A stretch of DNA of 63,994 nt, the filler included, from Stramenopiles sp. TOSAG23-3 (lineage: Eukaryota), in assembly GCA_900128585.1 (NCBI GenBank). It is 5 parts of 5 records of this genome, joined end to end, with 100 filler letters (N's around TTAATTAATTAA, not from the genome) between each part and the next. Parts side by side here need not be neighbours in the genome. Positions count along the whole stretch, not along the records: positions 1 to 13,139 come from LT642640.1; positions 13,240 to 26,349 come from LT642641.1; 3 more parts are not named here. One strand, written 5' to 3'. Position numbers and translations under genes: made by a program. Below the pieces are notes generated by a model. The model saw nothing but the letters and a program-made list of their open reading frames with translations. It ran no database searches and was not told the origin of the DNA. Positions 9,614 to 21,500 of this stretch are shown piece after piece. The stretch's first letter is position 1. The number at the start of each line of letters is the position of its first letter.

Positions 9614-12127
9614 ATGGTAGCATTAATCCTTTTGTTGTTTCTTGGTTCTGCTACGGCGTATCCTGCACATTACCACTCATGTACGTTTAATTTTACAGGC
9701 GGAAAACGCCTTAACTATCCTTACTGCGATCCAAGTCTCGATCTTGACACGCGCCTTGAAGATCTTCTTTCGCGTATGAAGCCAACGGAGCTTGCTGCTG
9801 CACTGGATACTTCCAACCCGGCCATTGAACGCCTGGGTCTTCCTTCAATGCAGGGCGGCGAGAGTACACATGGTGTTTCGAGTCCGTGTGGAAAAGCATC
9901 TGGTCCCAACACGACTGGCTGTCCCACGAGTTTTCCCACTGGCACCGGACTAGGCGCAACTTTCGACCGCCAGCTTTGGAGAGATATTGGCCATGCGATT
10001 GGGATAGAAGCCCGAGGGCTAAACAACCAAGCCATAAGTAATCATTTTTTCAGGGCCGTCCCAGGTATTCCAACGAACGGCCCTACTGGGCTGTATTTTC
10101 TCGACCCAAACATAAATTTGATGAGAGATCCAAGGTGGGGTAGGGCACAAGAAGTTCCCGGAGAAGATCCTACCCTGACGTCAGAATATGCTACAAATCT
10201 TGTTCAGGCTACCCAATATGGCGAAGAAGATCCGCGGTTTATGATGGTCGCGTCCACCATCAAACATTTTTCATTATATGACTTTGAAGGTTACATTCCT
10301 CGGGTAGACGATGGCCCATTGCCATCTGGATATTGCGATACCAAAGGGGGATGTGAAAGATGGAATAGCGATTCGATTCCACCGAAAGCTGATTTTATCG
10401 ACTATTTTTTGGTTCCTTTCAAAGCAGCAATACAGCGTGCTGAACCTGCATCTATTATGTGCAGTTACAATGCAGTCTATGGTAAACCAACGTGCGCTAA
10501 CAGCGTTCTTAACAATGCACTTGTCCGTGATCAGTGGAATTGGAAAGGATTTTTTGTTTCAGATTGCACCGCTTTGGAATTAATGCAAAACGTGAAATGG
10601 GATTCTTGTCCTCATCCGTGGCCTTCGGAAGGTGGCAATTGCACTCCTCGGGCCTTTTCAGGCGGTCATAATTACACTCACGCCGTAGGAGACACAGTAA
10701 AAGCTGCAATGAAAGACGGTGGCATCGATTATAACTGTGGTGCATTGTATAAAACTAACCTTGCCAGTGTTGTGAAGAAGAAAATGAAACATGGTGGTTC
10801 CGGTGTAACTGATGACGATGTCAGAAAAAGTGCAAAGAGGGTCTACCGAACAATGTTTCGACTGGGCATGTTGGACCCACCAGATGATCAGTACTACATC
10901 AATTCGGTGTCAGAAAAGGATGTTGATACGCAAGAACACCGAGATCTTGCGCTCCGAGCTGCCAGAGAATCCATTGTTCTGCTGAAAAACGAGGCCAATG
11001 CACTGCCGCTTGGACCCAGTATTACGAAAATTGCGTTTATCGGACCGCATGCTAATTCCACCCAATCCTTCTTAGGAAATTACCACGGAAGTAATCTTCT
11101 AGTCAACGAATGGAGCCCTTTAGCTTCTATCCGGAGAAAACATCCAAACCTAGATGTTAGGTACGCACCAGGTGCTCAAATATGTGATTTTCCATACGGA
11201 AAAAATCCAGGATTTCCAAACATGCCTTGCACGAAAGCTGGACCAAATAAAACGATGATCCGTGAAGCGGTGGACGTCGCAAAGGACGGAGCACAGGCTG
11301 TAGTGCTTTTTTTGGGATCTGACCAAACAACAGAAGCGGAGAATTTTGACCGCTCTTCAATGTTGCTCGCAGGAAATGGGAGCCAAGCAGCACTGCTGAA
11401 AGAAGTCATAGAGGGAGTGAATAGTGATGTTCCTATCATCGTAGTGCTTGTGCACGGTGGTCCTATTGCATGGGATCACGATGGTGTGGATGGAATTCTG
11501 GATGCTTTCTATCCGGGTGAATTGGGCGGACCCGCTATTGTTGATGTGCTGCTTGGCGAATACGCTCCAAGCGGAAAGCTGCCTTACACGAATTATTATG
11601 AAAATTTCACCACCCGCGATATTCGCAACACTAACTTGACAGATGATGGTGGTATAACACACCAGTATTTTGATGGGCCCGTCATTTTTCCGTTCGGGCA
11701 TGGGTTGTCTTACACCACATTTAAGTTTGGCAGTATTACTGCAACACTTCCTAATAACAATCAAAAAGGAACGGTCCACGGAACTTATTCAGTGAATGTG
11801 ACAAACGTCGGTAATGTGACAAGTGATCTTGTTGTGCTTGGTATTATTTCCTCGCCTGTGCTCTTCAGCACTCAAGAGAAAAGTCTGAGAGTCCCAAAAC
11901 AACGTTTGTTCGATTTTGGCCGATTAAACGGCGTCCGGCCGAATGAAACTAGGCAGACAAGTTTGGTACTGGACTTGGAAGACGTAAGCTTTGTTGATGA
12001 AATAACGGGCGCACGATCTATTGTTCCATCGCAGTGGACGCTCCGTGTTGGAGAAGCAAGGGAGATTGCTGTGGGAATGAAGACGCATCGCGTGATCGAA
12101 CGCAACGATTGGACGCAGTCATTATAG
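9614..12127 (+). CDS. Secreted glycoside hydrolase family 3 (beta-xylosidase-like)
   Basis: Signal peptide; PNINLMRDPRWGRAQEVPGEDP, KHF, SIMCSYNAV, nucleophile motif VSDC, ARESIVLLKN, FPFGHGLSYTTF; Fn3-like C-terminus. Confidence 0.95.
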   Translation: MVALILLLFLGSATAYPAHYHSCTFNFTGGKRLNYPYCDPSLDLDTRLEDLLSRMKPTELAAALDTSNPAIERLGLPSMQGGESTHGVSSPCGKASGPNTTGCPTSFPTGTGLGATFDRQLWRDIGHAIGIEARGLNNQAISNHFFRAVPGIPTNGPTGLYFLDPNINLMRDPRWGRAQEVPGEDPTLTSEYATNLVQATQYGEEDPRFMMVASTIKHFSLYDFEGYIPRVDDGPLPSGYCDTKGGCERWNSDSIPPKADFIDYFLVPFKAAIQRAEPASIMCSYNAVYGKPTCANSVLNNALVRDQWNWKGFFVSDCTALELMQNVKWDSCPHPWPSEGGNCTPRAFSGGHNYTHAVGDTVKAAMKDGGIDYNCGALYKTNLASVVKKKMKHGGSGVTDDDVRKSAKRVYRTMFRLGMLDPPDDQYYINSVSEKDVDTQEHRDLALRAARESIVLLKNEANALPLGPSITKIAFIGPHANSTQSFLGNYHGSNLLVNEWSPLASIRRKHPNLDVRYAPGAQICDFPYGKNPGFPNMPCTKAGPNKTMIREAVDVAKDGAQAVVLFLGSDQTTEAENFDRSSMLLAGNGSQAALLKEVIEGVNSDVPIIVVLVHGGPIAWDHDGVDGILDAFYPGELGGPAIVDVLLGEYAPSGKLPYTNYYENFTTRDIRNTNLTDDGGITHQYFDGPVIFPFGHGLSYTTFKFGSITATLPNNNQKGTVHGTYSVNVTNVGNVTSDLVVLGIISSPVLFSTQEKSLRVPKQRLFDFGRLNGVRPNETRQTSLVLDLEDVSFVDEITGARSIVPSQWTLRVGEAREIAVGMKTHRVIERNDWTQSL

Positions 12128-12281
12128 CTCCGAAGTTGTACGCTTAAAACACATAAAAATTCTGCTCTTACTTTGTATCTCATTTAAGATCTTCTTATTC
12201 ACACATAAAATCATGTATCATATGAAAAAAAAACAAAATATATAGTATGTTTTAAGATAGGATATTTTATTTTTTATATAT

Positions 12282-12325
12282 TAGGGTACGACGAAGCTAA
12301 ATTTAATTACTTAAATAACAGCCAA
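12282..12325 (+). mobile_element. Short dispersed element copy (family A)
   Basis: TAGGGTACGACGAAGCTAAATTTAATTACTTAAATAACAGCCAA, flanked by TTTTATATAT at 12272-12281 and 12326-12335. Confidence 0.7.
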
Positions 12326-12492
12326 TTTTATATATCATATCGCTATCATACGCATATATAATTTTTGTTTCTAAATGACAAGGAAGAAAAACTATTAAGG
12401 TACACTCATAAACTTATCATTTACGATACCCACGAAAAACACACTCGGAGCACTCGACAGGCATGTGAAAAAAATATGTACACATCTTGCGG

Positions 12493-13139
12493 CTAATATA
12501 ACCCCCCTCCATATCCACCGTAGCCCCCGTAACCACCTCCGTACCCCCCTCCGTACCCACTTCCGTACCGAGACCTTTCACCACGGTCTTCGCCCATCCC
12601 TTGGTCATCTAGTATTGGGTAGGCTTCTTCCATGGCTTGTCGGTTCACCATTCGCTGCTCCCTTGTGAGGTCCTGCGACCTAGGTCCTTTCAACCGTAAC
12701 TCTTGCTCTATAAAGGCGGTTACAAACGGGTTTTCCATCTTTTTCAAGATCCACTTGTACAAATAATACACGGCCACGGCGCCTAGGGACCCGCCCAAGA
12801 GGTACCGCCAAATCTTGACTTGCAACCGCTTCTGGTCCATTTCCGCCTCGGTCAGTTCCCCCATGTCCTCGCCCTGAGGGCCTATCCTTCGGTCTGGGAT
12901 TGGCATGGTGCCAAGAAGTTCCCCAATAAACTGGCCAAGGTAGCCGATGGTCATCGTTAGCATTCCCGCCGATTGCCCGATGCCTTGGCACATCATCCCC
13001 ACCATTTGCCCTATTTGCGTGGCGTACATGACCGATGCGTTTAAGCTCATCAACCACTCCGACCCACCCCCCATCATTCCCATTCCGCCCCCGTACATCC
13101 CCATCATTCCCATTCCGCCCCCGTACATCCCCCCCAACG
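12493..13139 (-). CDS. PEX13: PEX13-like peroxisomal membrane protein (5' truncated by contig end)
   Basis: G/M/Y-rich repeats (GGMYGGGMGMM) followed by an amphipathic W..SL..V...GQ..G segment and a TM helix, resembling plant-type PEX13 without an SH3 domain. YGG-rich C-terminus. Confidence 0.55.
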
Positions 13140-13239
13140 NNNNNNNNNNNNNNNNNNNNNNNNNNNNNNNNNNNNNNNNNNNNTTAATTAATTAANNNNN
13201 NNNNNNNNNNNNNNNNNNNNNNNNNNNNNNNNNNNNNNN
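13140..13239. other. Artificial contig-join linker
   Basis: 100 nt of N with a central TTAATTAATTAA (stop codons in all six frames). Confidence 0.95.
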
Positions 13240-13335
13240 TTCTTCTTCTTCTTCTTCTTCTTCTTCTTCTTCTTCTTCTTCTTCTTTCTTCTTCTTCTTC
13301 TTTCTTCTTCTTCTTCTTTCTCTTCTTCTTCCTTC
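13240..13335 (+). repeat. (TTC)n microsatellite
   Basis: Seen directly in the sequence. Confidence 0.9.
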
Positions 13336-13719
13336 ATCGGGTTGTTGTTGTTGTTGGTGTGGTACGTATATTATTATAGAGCTATTTACAAATATATTAT
13401 ATGTTGTGGTGTTGGTTGAAAAGAGAGAAAAAAAGAAAAAAGATCAAAAACATATCTTCAATTTAATAAGTACTCCTCTATACTATATTCATGTAATAAA
13501 GTAATATTATTATTATATTATTAACAACGACGGATGGCCACCCCTTCTCCTTGTATTTTTTCTGTATCTGCCTTTCGATATACAAAAGAGAAAGGAAACA
13601 AGTACAATAGTGAGTTTGAAAATTCCATTCGTCTGTAGATGGCAGATCAGTGAACAATTCAAAAAATTGAACACTTTGAAAATTTTGTTCTTTCTTGTTT
13701 CGTAAAGGTGTCCCCGATT

Positions 13720-14790
13720 ATGAAGGCATTTCTCCGTTTTTCCGCGGCCCGTCCGTCGGGGAACCTGAGGCGAGGGTGTTGTCGTTGGGCAAGCTCGCTG
13801 TCAGATGACTTGCTGGTCAGCATGGCGAAGGGGGCGCAGATATCAGGGTCGACAAATACAGAGATGGTGGATAGCATTGTTAAAGCTGGGCTGCTGAGCA
13901 ATCGGTACGCGATTAAAGCAATGTACGACGTTGATCGCGCCGACTTTATTAGCACTTGTGATACGTCTACAAACAACGCCGAGGAGGCCTACGCAAACAA
14001 ACCGGTATCTTTAGGGTTCGGGGCAACTGTATCGACCCCACAATTTTGCGCCGAAGTGTTGGATTTGTTGTCCCCGCGCTTAGAGAAAGGAGGCAAGTTC
14101 TTGGACATAGGGAGCGGGAGTGGATACTTGTCTACCCTAATGTCCGCGACGGCGGCCCACGGCGGAAACAACAGCATTACTTTGGGCGTGGACTGTTTCC
14201 CACCCCTCGTCGATTTAGCGAAGGAAAATACGAAGCCGTTTTCTGGGCGGAATACGATAGGGGTTAGGCTAGATTCCACGATGGAACTTTACTTTCGGCA
14301 CGACGTATTTCCTGGAAATAACATGGAATTTTTCAAATCGGTCAAAGGAACATTTGACTGCATCTACGTTGCTCCCTGCGTCCAAGATGTCGAGTGCATT
14401 GAACGGCTGCGGGAAATGCTGAACAAGAACGGCCGTCTGATTGTCCCGTTTTTGGATTTAAACAGCCTAGAGGACGAGCAGGCCCAAGGGCAGAGGCTAA
14501 TGTGTATAGATAAAGTAGAACATTCTGACGAGTATGTAGAAAACGACATCATGTCGGTTCTTTGCCAGCCGCTCATGCTGCCAGAGACGATTGCCGCGGT
14601 AGAGTCGGAGAAGGCGACCCGAGACGCGGAGCGTGCGAAGCGTCGAACCAAAGCAGAGATTCAGGAGGAATTGAAGAAGTGGGTGGACAATTACGAGGAA
14701 AAAACTGGAAGGAAGCCGAATCGTGCCGAAATGTTAGAAGATCCAGTAGCATCCGTCCTATTCAAAGAATTCTCGGGAGTAAGGGGTTAA
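13720..14790 (+). CDS. Protein-L-isoaspartate O-methyltransferase family protein, probable mitochondrial presequence
   Basis: AMYDVDRADF, AYANKPVSLGFGATVSTP, FLDIGSGSGY, FDCIYV, LNKNGRLIVP. Arg/Ser-rich N-terminus; first ATG at 13720. Confidence 0.85.
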   Translation: MKAFLRFSAARPSGNLRRGCCRWASSLSDDLLVSMAKGAQISGSTNTEMVDSIVKAGLLSNRYAIKAMYDVDRADFISTCDTSTNNAEEAYANKPVSLGFGATVSTPQFCAEVLDLLSPRLEKGGKFLDIGSGSGYLSTLMSATAAHGGNNSITLGVDCFPPLVDLAKENTKPFSGRNTIGVRLDSTMELYFRHDVFPGNNMEFFKSVKGTFDCIYVAPCVQDVECIERLREMLNKNGRLIVPFLDLNSLEDEQAQGQRLMCIDKVEHSDEYVENDIMSVLCQPLMLPETIAAVESEKATRDAERAKRRTKAEIQEELKKWVDNYEEKTGRKPNRAEMLEDPVASVLFKEFSGVRG

Positions 14791-15072
14791 CGACGTAAGG
14801 GCTGCAAAGGTATTAGTAGCGCACAGTATGTGTCGTACGATCGAATGATATCTACGCTGGTACACCGATAGAAAGAGACGATGAAATTATCAAACGGTCA
14901 TCATCATGCATGTCATGTTTCGAGGGAAGGGGGAACTTAACACTCTCTCTACGAATTTACATTTTTATTTATAAGTATTATTTTACGCGTGATACGAAGT
15001 AGATTATAGTGAATACATTATCTTATGCCAGCGGGCAAGTTTTACTGGGGGCTAAATCGTACCGTATTGTAC

Positions 15073-16068
15073 CTACGCGTCTACCACAGGGTCCTTCCGC
15101 TCTTCTTCCCGTTTATTTGTGTTGACCACTTCATTTGGTTCCGCAGCAGGTAGCGCTTGCCCTCCCTCCGCATTGTTTCCCATGCCGTTGGTATTTATCA
15201 ATGCCTTTACCTGTTCTGATGGAATGGGTGCGTTTTCAATCGGTTTTAAAATTGGCTTGTTCGGAGTAATCCTAGCGTTGTTGGCCAATTTATCCACGCT
15301 ATTCAGTCCTGGCAATTCGAGACCGTCTAGTATGTCCATCGCCATTTCACCGGTGCCGCTAATGTCTTCCTGCTCTTCTTCCATTCTCGAATCTTGAGCC
15401 TGGTTCCTATCGTTGTCAATACTGCTCGGGGACCCTGACTCTGGCAGAGGGGTTATTAACCTTGGGGATAGAGCGTTCTCTTTTAATGGCACTGTTCCTA
15501 CGTTATTGGAAACTTCAGCGGCAGTCGAAGGCGATTCGTTAAGCGATTCAATCTTTGCCTTTGTTGTAGGGGATGTCTGGTACGACCGAACGTCTGCGTT
15601 CTGGGATACGTACTGCAGGTTTACCCCGCTAGTTCCGCAGTGGGGACAGCACACTGCTGCTGGCAATCTTTTGGGGACCCCGTTTAACTGTTCTGGTAGA
15701 CCTTCCTTGCCTTTTAAGAAATCAACGGCGCATCCTTCGCAAACGTAGTTTTTGCAGCACGACGTCTCAAATATTGTGGTTGAAAAGTAAAAGAAACACA
15801 ATGGGCAATTGTAGGGGTACTTCTTTTTATCTTCTCCTATAGGAGTGTAATCGATACTCGACACACGAATTTTTTGATGAGGCGTCGACAGCCTCACTTG
15901 AGGCTGTTTCGCAGCTATGTTTGTATCGATAGCGTGCGGCCGATGTTGATTGTTCCCTGGAGCTAATGGCGGTCGCCCCCCGGCCCTTTCTGGGTTGTGC
16001 TCAACCGGCGCCCGGTGCGCTCCCTCGTCCTCCGCATGCTTGGCACCGCAAACTGCAGCAGCTCCCAT
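15073..16068 (-). CDS. RING-finger protein (Sip5/DA2/GW2-like), probable N-myristoylation
   Basis: CPLCFFYF..SCCKNYVCEGC..CPHC; N-terminus MGAAAVC; disordered C-terminal half. Confidence 0.7.
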   Translation of the reverse strand: MGAAAVCGAKHAEDEGAHRAPVEHNPERAGGRPPLAPGNNQHRPHAIDTNIAAKQPQVRLSTPHQKIRVSSIDYTPIGEDKKKYPYNCPLCFFYFSTTIFETSCCKNYVCEGCAVDFLKGKEGLPEQLNGVPKRLPAAVCCPHCGTSGVNLQYVSQNADVRSYQTSPTTKAKIESLNESPSTAAEVSNNVGTVPLKENALSPRLITPLPESGSPSSIDNDRNQAQDSRMEEEQEDISGTGEMAMDILDGLELPGLNSVDKLANNARITPNKPILKPIENAPIPSEQVKALINTNGMGNNAEGGQALPAAEPNEVVNTNKREEERKDPVVDA

Positions 16069-16848
16069 GACTGTAATATTTTTGTCCTGAGAATTTCCTA
16101 AATATAAAGGTAAATGGTTCTGGGCACTTTCCGACCGTTGCTTTTTTACAACTGCACTTCTAAAAACATTATGCTCTGCAGATATTGTACGTGAAGCGAA
16201 TGGGTCAAGGTTACAAATTATTGATGGCTCTCTTATTATTAACAGCTACTCTTTTTGAGGGGTGGGGACGACGACGAACGCGCGACGACGACGAATTTTT
16301 TTCACTGGTGTTAGCTGTTATTATTATTGTAAAAAAATTATTTTCAATAAAATAATAATAATCAATTAAAAAAAAATATTTGATGATGTTGGGTACCTCT
16401 TTCTTGAAAACATATATTTACATTATACAACATATAATATTATTTAGCAATATATTGTTGTAGGGAGTGCTGAGGAATAATTTTGGGTCAACGATCGTTT
16501 TCAGTTTTCTGCCATACACACAGCATTGTTTTACAAAAATAACGGTTCCAATTCTTCTCGTAAGGGATTCTAAGTATTCTAAAATTATAAAAAAACCTAT
16601 TTAAGATTTTACTTGTTATTGATAGCTAAAAAAAGAGGAAATTAATTTGTTTTTCTTCTTCCACTTTGTTCTTTCTACCTGCTACGGTAGGCCTACCGTA
16701 CGGGTAGGGCGGTAGCGTGACGATGATTATTACTTCTTATTTATAATACGGTATAATATGATGATGGAGGAGGAGGGGATGTATTTATTCTGCTATCATC
16801 TGATGATTTCTTCTTCTTCTACCTTGGTACCAAGGTAACTGCATGCTG

Positions 16849-17601
16849 TCATGATAGTATTGTATTCGGAAGAAAGGGTTCAAAGGCTTTCTCTTTTTCG
16901 AATTGTAATAACTGGGCAACAAATCCTTTGTTCGGTTGGGCCATTGATCTCTTTGATTTCACACATTCGGTAGCTTTCTCAACAGACCATTTGAACAACG
17001 AACATAGGTAGACGATGACCAAAGTGCTGGATCTAGATTTGCCTTGCGCACAATGAACCAGTACTCCTTTTCCTTCCATCCGCGTCTGGTGGATGCGTTG
17101 GATGGCGAGGGCAAGTACGTCTTTTTCTATCACTTGGGATTCTGAATCTATCCACTCAACGTTGTGGTACTCGATTCCATTCTCCTTGTTCTTTACCATG
17201 GTCCGTTTATACGCGGGCCAAAACATACCAATCCCCTTCGCGGTGTTGACGATAAGGTTCACGTTGTTTTTGGCAAGAACCTTTTGACTGAAAGTCGAAC
17301 GGAAACCTCCAAGGAATAGGCCACCTAGCCCACCTTCCGGCCGCAGTATGGTCGAACCCTCCTTTTCCCCTTTTGCAGTCCACTCCAATGCTTTCATGAC
17401 AAAATTGTCCTCTTTGACCGCCTCAGATGTGTGTGTAAATATATTTTTGTAACAGTTTGTACATTTATCCGCCCGGAGGAAGTTTGGCGCAAATAGTTCA
17501 CATTTGGAAGTCCCTGCAAAAGTAGCCTGCTCGCGGATGTTGGGTTTCTTCTCATCTAATCCTTTGTTTCCATCGCTTTGAACGGTGGTAAGACTGGCCA
17601 T
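16849..17601 (-). CDS. Dual-specificity protein phosphatase with N-terminal Cys3His motif
   Basis: VLVHCAQGKSRSSTLVIVYL, LFLGG and AQPNKGFVAQL. Confidence 0.92.
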   Translation of the reverse strand: MASLTTVQSDGNKGLDEKKPNIREQATFAGTSKCELFAPNFLRADKCTNCYKNIFTHTSEAVKEDNFVMKALEWTAKGEKEGSTILRPEGGLGGLFLGGFRSTFSQKVLAKNNVNLIVNTAKGIGMFWPAYKRTMVKNKENGIEYHNVEWIDSESQVIEKDVLALAIQRIHQTRMEGKGVLVHCAQGKSRSSTLVIVYLCSLFKWSVEKATECVKSKRSMAQPNKGFVAQLLQFEKEKAFEPFLPNTILS

Positions 17602-18559
17602 TTCGAAGTGAATTAACTGTTACCAATGACGTTATGAATGTTTTGAGTTGATTTTAGGTAACGGTAAAATGACAGGTTCTTTTCACGTTCTTCGCTCTTC
17701 GTTCTTTTCCCTTTTCTTTTTGTTTCTTGGTAGTTGGAGGTCGTCCCGCCAGCGGAGAGGTGTGGAGGAGGATGGAGGAGGATCACGCAACCCCATGTGG
17801 TGGTGGGGTTCTTCGGGTGTGCGTGAAGAATATGATAAACCCTATCGTTAACACTATTTGTAAACAGGGCCTTCGTCTTTCGTCTCTTGGGTGTGCAAGT
17901 TAATATTTTGTACTTATAATTATATTATTTTATGCTTTAGATAGGATTCAAAATAAAAGTATTATATTACCATTTAAATTATACTAAATATATATATATA
18001 GTAGTACATGGTATACAAGTAGTTTAAAAGAGTAATCCTTTATTTATTTATTTATATAGCTGAGAAGCAATAGTTCAGATATCCAGGATTACATTGTCTA
18101 TCATTTTAAAAGGAGTACAATTAAATATTTTATATTTATATTAGAATTTATTAGATTTATCTCATCATAAATTCTTCCTCCTTCTCCTCCGTCCATCCTC
18201 TTTGTTGTGTCCTGTTGGTTTTATTTTTTATAATTTTGTCCTCCTTCTTTCTTTTCGTGATTATTATTATATTAATAAATTATTATCTTCTTCTTCAATC
18301 TTCTCCACCAAAAAAATATTATTATAAATAATAATATATAAATAAATATATTATACACACGAGATGAGAGAGACGGGAGAGACACTATATGCTAACGAGT
18401 GGAATGAAATAAATTATGATCCACCAGACGATTTATGCAACAGACAAAATTAATCACACAGAACGTACACAACCTTGTAGAGGTGGCCGCAGATTACGAA
18501 CAAAAGCGGGAAAAAGAAGGGAGGATACCTTTCGATTTTTGTCGAACGTGGTACGATCG

Positions 18560-21500
18560 ATGGCCAGCCCCGCTTCGTTGCCCGCCGACTGGCGGGAAAT
18601 GCGTGACAAAGCGACTGGCAAAGTCTTTTTTTACAACACGAATACGCGGATAACGTCGTGGGAAAGGCCGACGGAAGATGCGGTGTCAGTTGGTGCAGGG
18701 CAAGAAGCCGTGGACAGTGACCAGAGACAATCCAGTGGTAGTCCTGGGAATAACAACAAGTCAGCTTGGATATCCCGGACAGACCCTGGTAGCGGGAAAG
18801 TGTATTATTACAATAGCGATAGCAAAGTGACGCAATGGGAGAGACCTGAAGGGTTTATGGAAGGGCCTTCGCAATCCAGCGAAGAAAAAGAGGACAGTCC
18901 AACAACTGAAACAGACTGGGTAGAAAAGGTAGACCCAAGCTCGGGACGTGTCTTTTACTTCAACAAGAAAACACAAAAAACCCAGTGGTCAAAACCAAAG
19001 CTGCAGGCAAACGCGCCAGCTGCCCAAAGGGAAGGCCACGCTGGTGGCGCCACCACATCAGTAGAGGCGGGAACCGCACAGTCGTCTGTCGCTACGGCCG
19101 CATCCAACGACCCAAAAGCGTCAAAAAGCCAGAACCCTGCCGTTGGCAACTGGGTCGAAATGCAGGATAAGGCGTCAAGCCGGAAGTACTACTACAACAA
19201 GTCTACGAAGCTGACCCAGTGGAACAAACCGGAAGAGTTGGCCAACAAGGAAAAGTCCGAAGAAGAATCGACCGATGGGGCGAAAAGCTCAACGACCTCG
19301 TCCTCCCAGCCCGCGAAACAAGCAAGCGAGGCGTCTGAGGCGATTGGGTGGACTGAGATGAAGGATAAAGCGTCTGGACGAGTGTTTTATTACAACAAAA
19401 CCACAAAGAAGACGCAGTGGACCAAACCAGATGAACTAGGAAGTGGCGTCGCAAGCGCCGGTACAGCAGCCACAACTGACTCCACCGCGGCCTGGGTTGC
19501 GCGAGAAGATCCAGCCACGAAACGAAAATATTATTACAATACGGAAACGAAGAAGACGCAGTGGGAGACGCCTGATGAGCTAAAAAAAACCGCTCGGACA
19601 CCAAAGTCAGATAGTGAAAAAATAGTAGACAAAACCGGCGGCACGCCCACGAGGCAAAGTGCACCCGAAAGCGGCAAAGCGAAGACCCGCGGTGACTGGA
19701 AGGAGATGTCCGACAAAAGTACAGGAAAAGTATTTTATTACAATACAGTTACAAAGAAAACTCAGTGGAGCATGCCCGATGATGCGAAGAACAACGCAGA
19801 ACAGGGGGAGAAGACCGAGGGTGAAGCCATCGCAGCCACGTCTGATTGGAAAAAGATGTCCGACAAAAAATCAGGAAAAGTGTTTTATTACAATAAAGTT
19901 ACTAAAAAGACCCAGTGGACTGTGCCCGATGAGATGGCGGGAGGGACACATGGCAAATCGGAAGACGGCAATGATGCGACAGGGGCAAAACCGTCAGAAA
20001 AACTTCGCCGGCGATCCGTGGTCCTTCAAGAATTAAGTTCCCAATGGACAGAGATGAAAGATCCGAAGTCGGGAAAAGTATTTTATTACAACAAAACAAC
20101 GGGTGTAAGTGCATGGAATAAGCCGAAAGTGGATACTACAACAAAGAAACCAAGTGAACCGCAAGCTGCAAAACAGCAACCAGCAGGCACCGCAACAAAG
20201 CAAAAAAGCGAAACCCCCGCAGGAGCGAGCATGACAAAGAAGAAAGCCAACACGACCCCTGAAACTGCGAAGGAAGGTGATGGAGCAGCAATGGACGAAG
20301 AGCTTCCTGCTGCTTGGAAAGAGATGAAGGATAAAGTGTCGGGGAAAGTATTTTATTATAACAAAGACACAAAAAAGACCCAGTGGACTAGACCAACTGG
20401 CCCTAACCCTACTGAAACGGAGCCAAAACTAAAACCAGGTGAGAGCGCTGCTCCTACAGAAAAGGTTCGTCGGCGATCCGTGGTTGTTCAGCAGCTGGAA
20501 GACGACTGGAGCGAGATGAAAGATCCCAAGTCGGGGAAAGTGTTTTTCTACAATAAAAAGACCGGGAAAAGTCGATGGAAAAAACCATCGAATGCAGGAG
20601 AGCTGAAAGCGAAAAAAGAGGCCACCGAGAGCACTGCCGAAAAGGAAGACGATACGTCTTCGGTATCTTCAAGACCCTCCGAAAAGATGCGCAGAAGATC
20701 GGTTGTATTGACAGAGCCGTCCGAGCCGGATTCTTCCCATAAAGATTGGACTAAAATGAAAGACCCCAAGTCTGGAAAAGTTTTCTTTTACAACAAAAAG
20801 ACTGGCGTAAGTGCATGGAAATTACCAAAAGCAAAGTTGAAGCAGGCGGTCGCAGAGGTAGCAAAGGGAAAGCGCGGATCTACTAGCCCAAAAAAGCGGA
20901 AGGATAAAGGCAAAGTAGTGGGCGATTGGATGGAAAAAGTCGACAAGAAAGGCCGGAAGTACTACGTCAACAAGGCAACGCGGGCCACACAATGGGATGC
21001 CCCCGACGGGTTCCACGACACTGTGGTGCCCGAAGATGCATCTGCAGTGAACGTTACCAAGGAAAGCCCCGCTGATGCGAAAACTCATGCGCACGCAAAC
21101 TACACCAAAAACGTAATGAAAAGCGGGCACCTTCGTAGAAAGACGGATACAGGCATCTGGCGCACCGAATTCATCCATTTGACGACGTCTGACCTGTGCC
21201 TATCATCGACCGGCGAATGGAAAAATGAAAAGCTTATTGCGATCCCCATGGTCGACATAAAGTCCGTAGACCTGGACGTCGGGGAAGGGACTGAATTTGT
21301 GGTAACGTTTGTTCCCGGGAACACTGTTGGTGTCCCGGCGAGCACTACGCGTGTATTTTTCCAGGGGAGGTCAACAAAGGAGGCCGTAGAGTGGATTACA
21401 GAAATCGATAGACTGACGGAGTATTTGCAAGACAGCTATGCCAGTGCGAAAACTGTGGACGACGGTGGAGCGAGCAAAGCATTTGTCCCCATGTCGCACA

